From assembly GCA_965204575.1 (NCBI GenBank), contig OZ241993.1, forward strand, positions 1,024,001 to 1,088,000: a stretch of DNA of 64,000 nucleotides. Reading direction: 5' to 3'. The translations under genes were made by a program, and so were the position numbers. The notes under the pieces were generated by a model. That model searched no databases and had not been told where the DNA came from. It was given only the letters and a program-made list of their open reading frames with translations. The stretch is from an uncultured candidatus Porisulfidus sp. (GTDB lineage: Bacteria; Pseudomonadota; Gammaproteobacteria; Poriferisulfidales; Poriferisulfidaceae). Below, piece by piece: positions 61,007 through 64,000 of this stretch. How positions within the stretch are numbered: the stretch's first letter is position 1; each line of letters begins with the position of its first letter.

Positions 61007-61896
61007 GGGAGTATCCGACCATTGAATCCAGCATCGGCAACACGTCGCTGGTTCGCCTGCAGCGCATGGCGCCGGAAGGGGTGATGGTGCTGGCCAAGCT
61101 GGAAGGAGACAATCCGGCCGGTTCGGTCAAGGACCGTCCGGCCATCCACATGATCGAGGCCGCCGAGGAACGCGGAGACATCCGTCCGGGCGACACGCTG
61201 GTCGAGGCGACCAGCGGCAACACCGGGATCGCGCTGGCGCTGGCGGCGGCGATCCGCGGCTACCGGATGATCCTGATCATGCCGGAGAACATGAGCCTGG
61301 AACGGCGCCAGACCATGGCGGCGTACGGGGCCGAACTGATCCTGGTGACCGAGGCCGAGGGCATGGAGGAGGCACGCGACCGGGCGCTGGCGATGAACCG
61401 TGCGGGCGAAGCGTTCATCCTGAACCAGTTCGACAACCCGGACAACTCGGACTCGCACTACCGGGGCACCGGGCCGGAGTTGTGGCGGGACACCGGGGGC
61501 GAGCTGACGCATTTCGTGTCTTCCATGGGCACGACCGGAACCGTCAGCGGGGCCGGGCGCTACCTGAAGGAGCAGAACCCCGACATCGAGGTGATCGGCG
61601 TGGAGCCGGCGGACGGTTCCGCCATTCCGGGCATCCGCCGCTGGGCAGAGGGGTACGTCCCGAAGATCCTGGAGCGGGACGTGGTCGACCGGACAATCGA
61701 TGTCACGCGGGGGGATGCGGAGAACACCATGCGCGAACTGGCGAAGCGGGAAGGGATCTTCGCCGGGATCTCGTCGGGCGGCTGCATGCACGTGGCCCTG
61801 CAGGTGGCGGCGGAGGCCGCGCCGGGGTCGGTGATTGCCGCCATCGTGTGCGACCGCGGAGACCGCTACCTGTCCTCGGGGGTCTATCCGTCATGA
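61003..61896 (+). CDS. cysM: cysteine synthase B
   Basis: [32 protein letters not shown]. Confidence 0.94.
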   Translation: MREYPTIESSIGNTSLVRLQRMAPEGVMVLAKLEGDNPAGSVKDRPAIHMIEAAEERGDIRPGDTLVEATSGNTGIALALAAAIRGYRMILIMPENMSLERRQTMAAYGAELILVTEAEGMEEARDRALAMNRAGEAFILNQFDNPDNSDSHYRGTGPELWRDTGGELTHFVSSMGTTGTVSGAGRYLKEQNPDIEVIGVEPADGSAIPGIRRWAEGYVPKILERDVVDRTIDVTRGDAENTMRELAKREGIFAGISSGGCMHVALQVAAEAAPGSVIAAIVCDRGDRYLSSGVYPS

Positions 61897-62696
61897 TCGG
61901 GGACGTGCTGGCCTTCGACATCGAGACCATTCCGGATGCGAAGCTGGGCCGGCGTCTTTACAACCTCTCAGACGACCTCCCCGACGAGGACGTGGTGCGC
62001 GCCATGGAGCAGTTGCGCATGCAGAAGACCGGCGGACACCTGTTCCAGCCGCTGTACCTGCAGAAAGTGGTCTGCATTTCGGTGGTGTACCACACGGAAT
62101 CGGTGCTGGTCGCGAAGTCCTTGGAGGACATCGACGCGGATGAATGCACGATCATCCGCAACTTCTTCGACGGCATCGAACGGGCCGCCCCGCGGCTGGT
62201 GACCTGGAACGGCAACGGGTTCGACCTCGCGGTGCTGAACTACCGTGCCATGCATCACGGGATCTGCGCTCCGCGCTTCTGGGAGACGGGCGACAACGAG
62301 CGGGACTTCCGCTACAACAACTACATCAGCCGCTACCACGAGCGGCACCTGGACCTGATGGACGTGCTGTCGCGCTACAACCCGCGCGCCTCGGCCGGGC
62401 TCGACGACTTCGCCACCATGCTGGGCTTCCCCGGGAAGCCGGAGGGGATGTCCGGCGGCGAGGTGTGGCCGGCCTACCGGGAGGGGCGGCTGGCCGAGAT
62501 CCGCGAGTACTGCGAAACCGACGCGATCAGCACCTACCTGGTGTTCCTGCGCTTCGAATTCCTGCGCGGCAACCTGCTGCGGGAGGAGTACGTCGAACTG
62601 TGCGACCAGTTGCAGTCCTACCTGGAAGAGGAGGACAAGGAGCACTTCCGCGATTTCCTGGCGCGGTGGGACCGCGCGGGCGACCCGGTCGGCTAG
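61893..62696 (+). CDS. PolB-like 3'-5' exonuclease
   Basis: FDIETIPD, WNGNGFD, YCETD. Confidence 0.88.
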   Translation: MIGDVLAFDIETIPDAKLGRRLYNLSDDLPDEDVVRAMEQLRMQKTGGHLFQPLYLQKVVCISVVYHTESVLVAKSLEDIDADECTIIRNFFDGIERAAPRLVTWNGNGFDLAVLNYRAMHHGICAPRFWETGDNERDFRYNNYISRYHERHLDLMDVLSRYNPRASAGLDDFATMLGFPGKPEGMSGGEVWPAYREGRLAEIREYCETDAISTYLVFLRFEFLRGNLLREEYVELCDQLQSYLEEEDKEHFRDFLARWDRAGDPVG

Positions 62697-62700
62697 GCCG

Positions 62701-63828
62701 TCAGTCCAGCAGTTTCCCGATGATGGCGCGGTAGACTTCGGCCAGCCGGTCGAGGTCCTCGACGGCGACGTGCTCGTCGATCTTGTGGATGCTGCGGTTG
62801 ATCGGGCCGAATTCGACCACTTCGGCGCCGGTCGGCCGGATGAACCGTCCGTCCGAGGTGCCGCCTTCGGTGCTGAGCTCCGCTTCCGACCCCAGCACTT
62901 CCGATACGGCGTCCTGGCAGGTCCGGGTCAGGGTGCCGGGCGGCGTGCGGTAAGGCAGGCTCGCCTCCGCCCATTCGATCTGGTGCTCAAACCCGGCTTG
63001 CCCGAGAATCCCGGCGATCCGCTCTTTCAGTTCTTCGGCGGTGACTTCCGTCGAGTAGCGCAGGTTGAAGTCCGCGGTCAGTTCGCCCGGGACCACGTTG
63101 GCGGCGCCGCATCCGCTGTTGAGGTTGGAAACCTGGAACCGGGTCGGCTGGAAGTCCTCGTTGCCCTCGTCCCAGATGGTTTCGGTCAGTTCCACCAGGG
63201 CCGGCGCGAACCGGTGAATCGGGTTGTCGCACAGGGCCGGGTAGGCGATGTGGCCCTGGATGCCGCGAACCGTCAACCGCCCGGACAACGAACCGCGGCG
63301 GCCGTTCTTGATGACGTCGCCAAGCCGTTCGCGGCAACTGGGTTCGGCGACGACGCACCAGGCAGGGATCTCCCGGCGCGCCTGAAGTCGCTCGACCGCG
63401 GCCCGGGTGCCGTGCACGGCCGGGCCTTCCTCGTCGCTGGTCAGCAGCAGGCCGATGGCGCCGGGGTGATCGGGCCGTTGCGCGGCGTACCGGGCGCAGG
63501 CGACCACCATTGCGGCGACGCCGCCCTTCATGTCGGCCGCGCCGCGGCCGTACAGGAGCCCGTCGCGGATCGCCGGGCTGAAGGGGTCGCTGCTCCACTG
63601 CTCGAGCGGGCCGGTCGGCACGACATCGGTGTGCCCGGCAAACATCAGCAACGGTTCGCTTTCGCCGTGGCGCAGCCACAGGTTCTGAACCTCGGCGAAC
63701 GGCATGGGCTCGGCGACGAACCCATGGGGCGCGAGGTATTCGGCGATCAGGTCTTGGCAGCCCGCGTCTTCCGGCGTGACCGACGGCCGCTCGATCAGCG
63801 CGCAGGCGAGGTCCAGGACTTCCGGCAT
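62701..63828 (-). CDS. dapE: succinyl-diaminopimelate desuccinylase
   Basis: FAGHTDVVP, GRGAADMKG, TSDEEG, GGTSDGRF. Confidence 0.96.
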   Translation of the reverse strand: MPEVLDLACALIERPSVTPEDAGCQDLIAEYLAPHGFVAEPMPFAEVQNLWLRHGESEPLLMFAGHTDVVPTGPLEQWSSDPFSPAIRDGLLYGRGAADMKGGVAAMVVACARYAAQRPDHPGAIGLLLTSDEEGPAVHGTRAAVERLQARREIPAWCVVAEPSCRERLGDVIKNGRRGSLSGRLTVRGIQGHIAYPALCDNPIHRFAPALVELTETIWDEGNEDFQPTRFQVSNLNSGCGAANVVPGELTADFNLRYSTEVTAEELKERIAGILGQAGFEHQIEWAEASLPYRTPPGTLTRTCQDAVSEVLGSEAELSTEGGTSDGRFIRPTGAEVVEFGPINRSIHKIDEHVAVEDLDRLAEVYRAIIGKLLD

Positions 63829-63829
63829 G

Positions 63830-64000
63830 CTACCGCTCCAGCGCCTGCGCCCAGGCCGTCTCGTCGAAGCCGACGCTCAACGTGCCTTCGGCATCGAGAA
63901 GCGGACGCTTCAGCAGGGTGGGGTGGGCGAGGAGCAACTCGACGGCAGTCGCGTCGGTCAGCCCGCTGCGTTCGTCTTCCGGCAGTCGTCGCCAGGTCGT
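63830..64000 (-). CDS. ArsC/Spx (YffB-like) protein, 3' part
   Basis: TTWRRL..HPTLLKRPLL..SVGF; usual neighbour of dapE. Confidence 0.85.
   Translation of the reverse strand, partial: TTWRRLPEDERSGLTDATAVELLLAHPTLLKRPLLDAEGTLSVGFDETAWAQALER

Overview
GC-rich gammaproteobacterial chromosome segment, probably from a sulfur oxidiser (the Sat is of the oxidative type). The core backbone runs urtABCDE-ureD-ureABCEFG, sat, clpB, proS, LysR, perM, bcp, dapA-bamC, folE2, aceEF-lpdA, thrS-infC-rpmI-rplT-pheST-ihfA-merR-tRNA-Pro, lepB-rnc-era-recO, pdxJ-cysM, an exonuclease, dapE and a partial ArsC-family gene. It is interrupted at 7 or more sites by lower-GC islets. These carry about 11 toxin-antitoxin loci (some orphaned or broken), a helicase IV, an intact IS1380 with IRs and TSD, a decayed IS1595 followed by a putative RM pair, and small membrane peptides. 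The main signal is that four islets are bracketed by direct copies of a housekeeping-gene terminus (ureD 3', clpB 3', thrS 5', recO 3'; 25-100 bp). The pattern fits each islet supplying a replacement gene end while the old end is stranded on the far side. No integrase is present in the window. PheT lacks the B2 domain, and a 52-aa UreJ-like miniprotein follows ureG.
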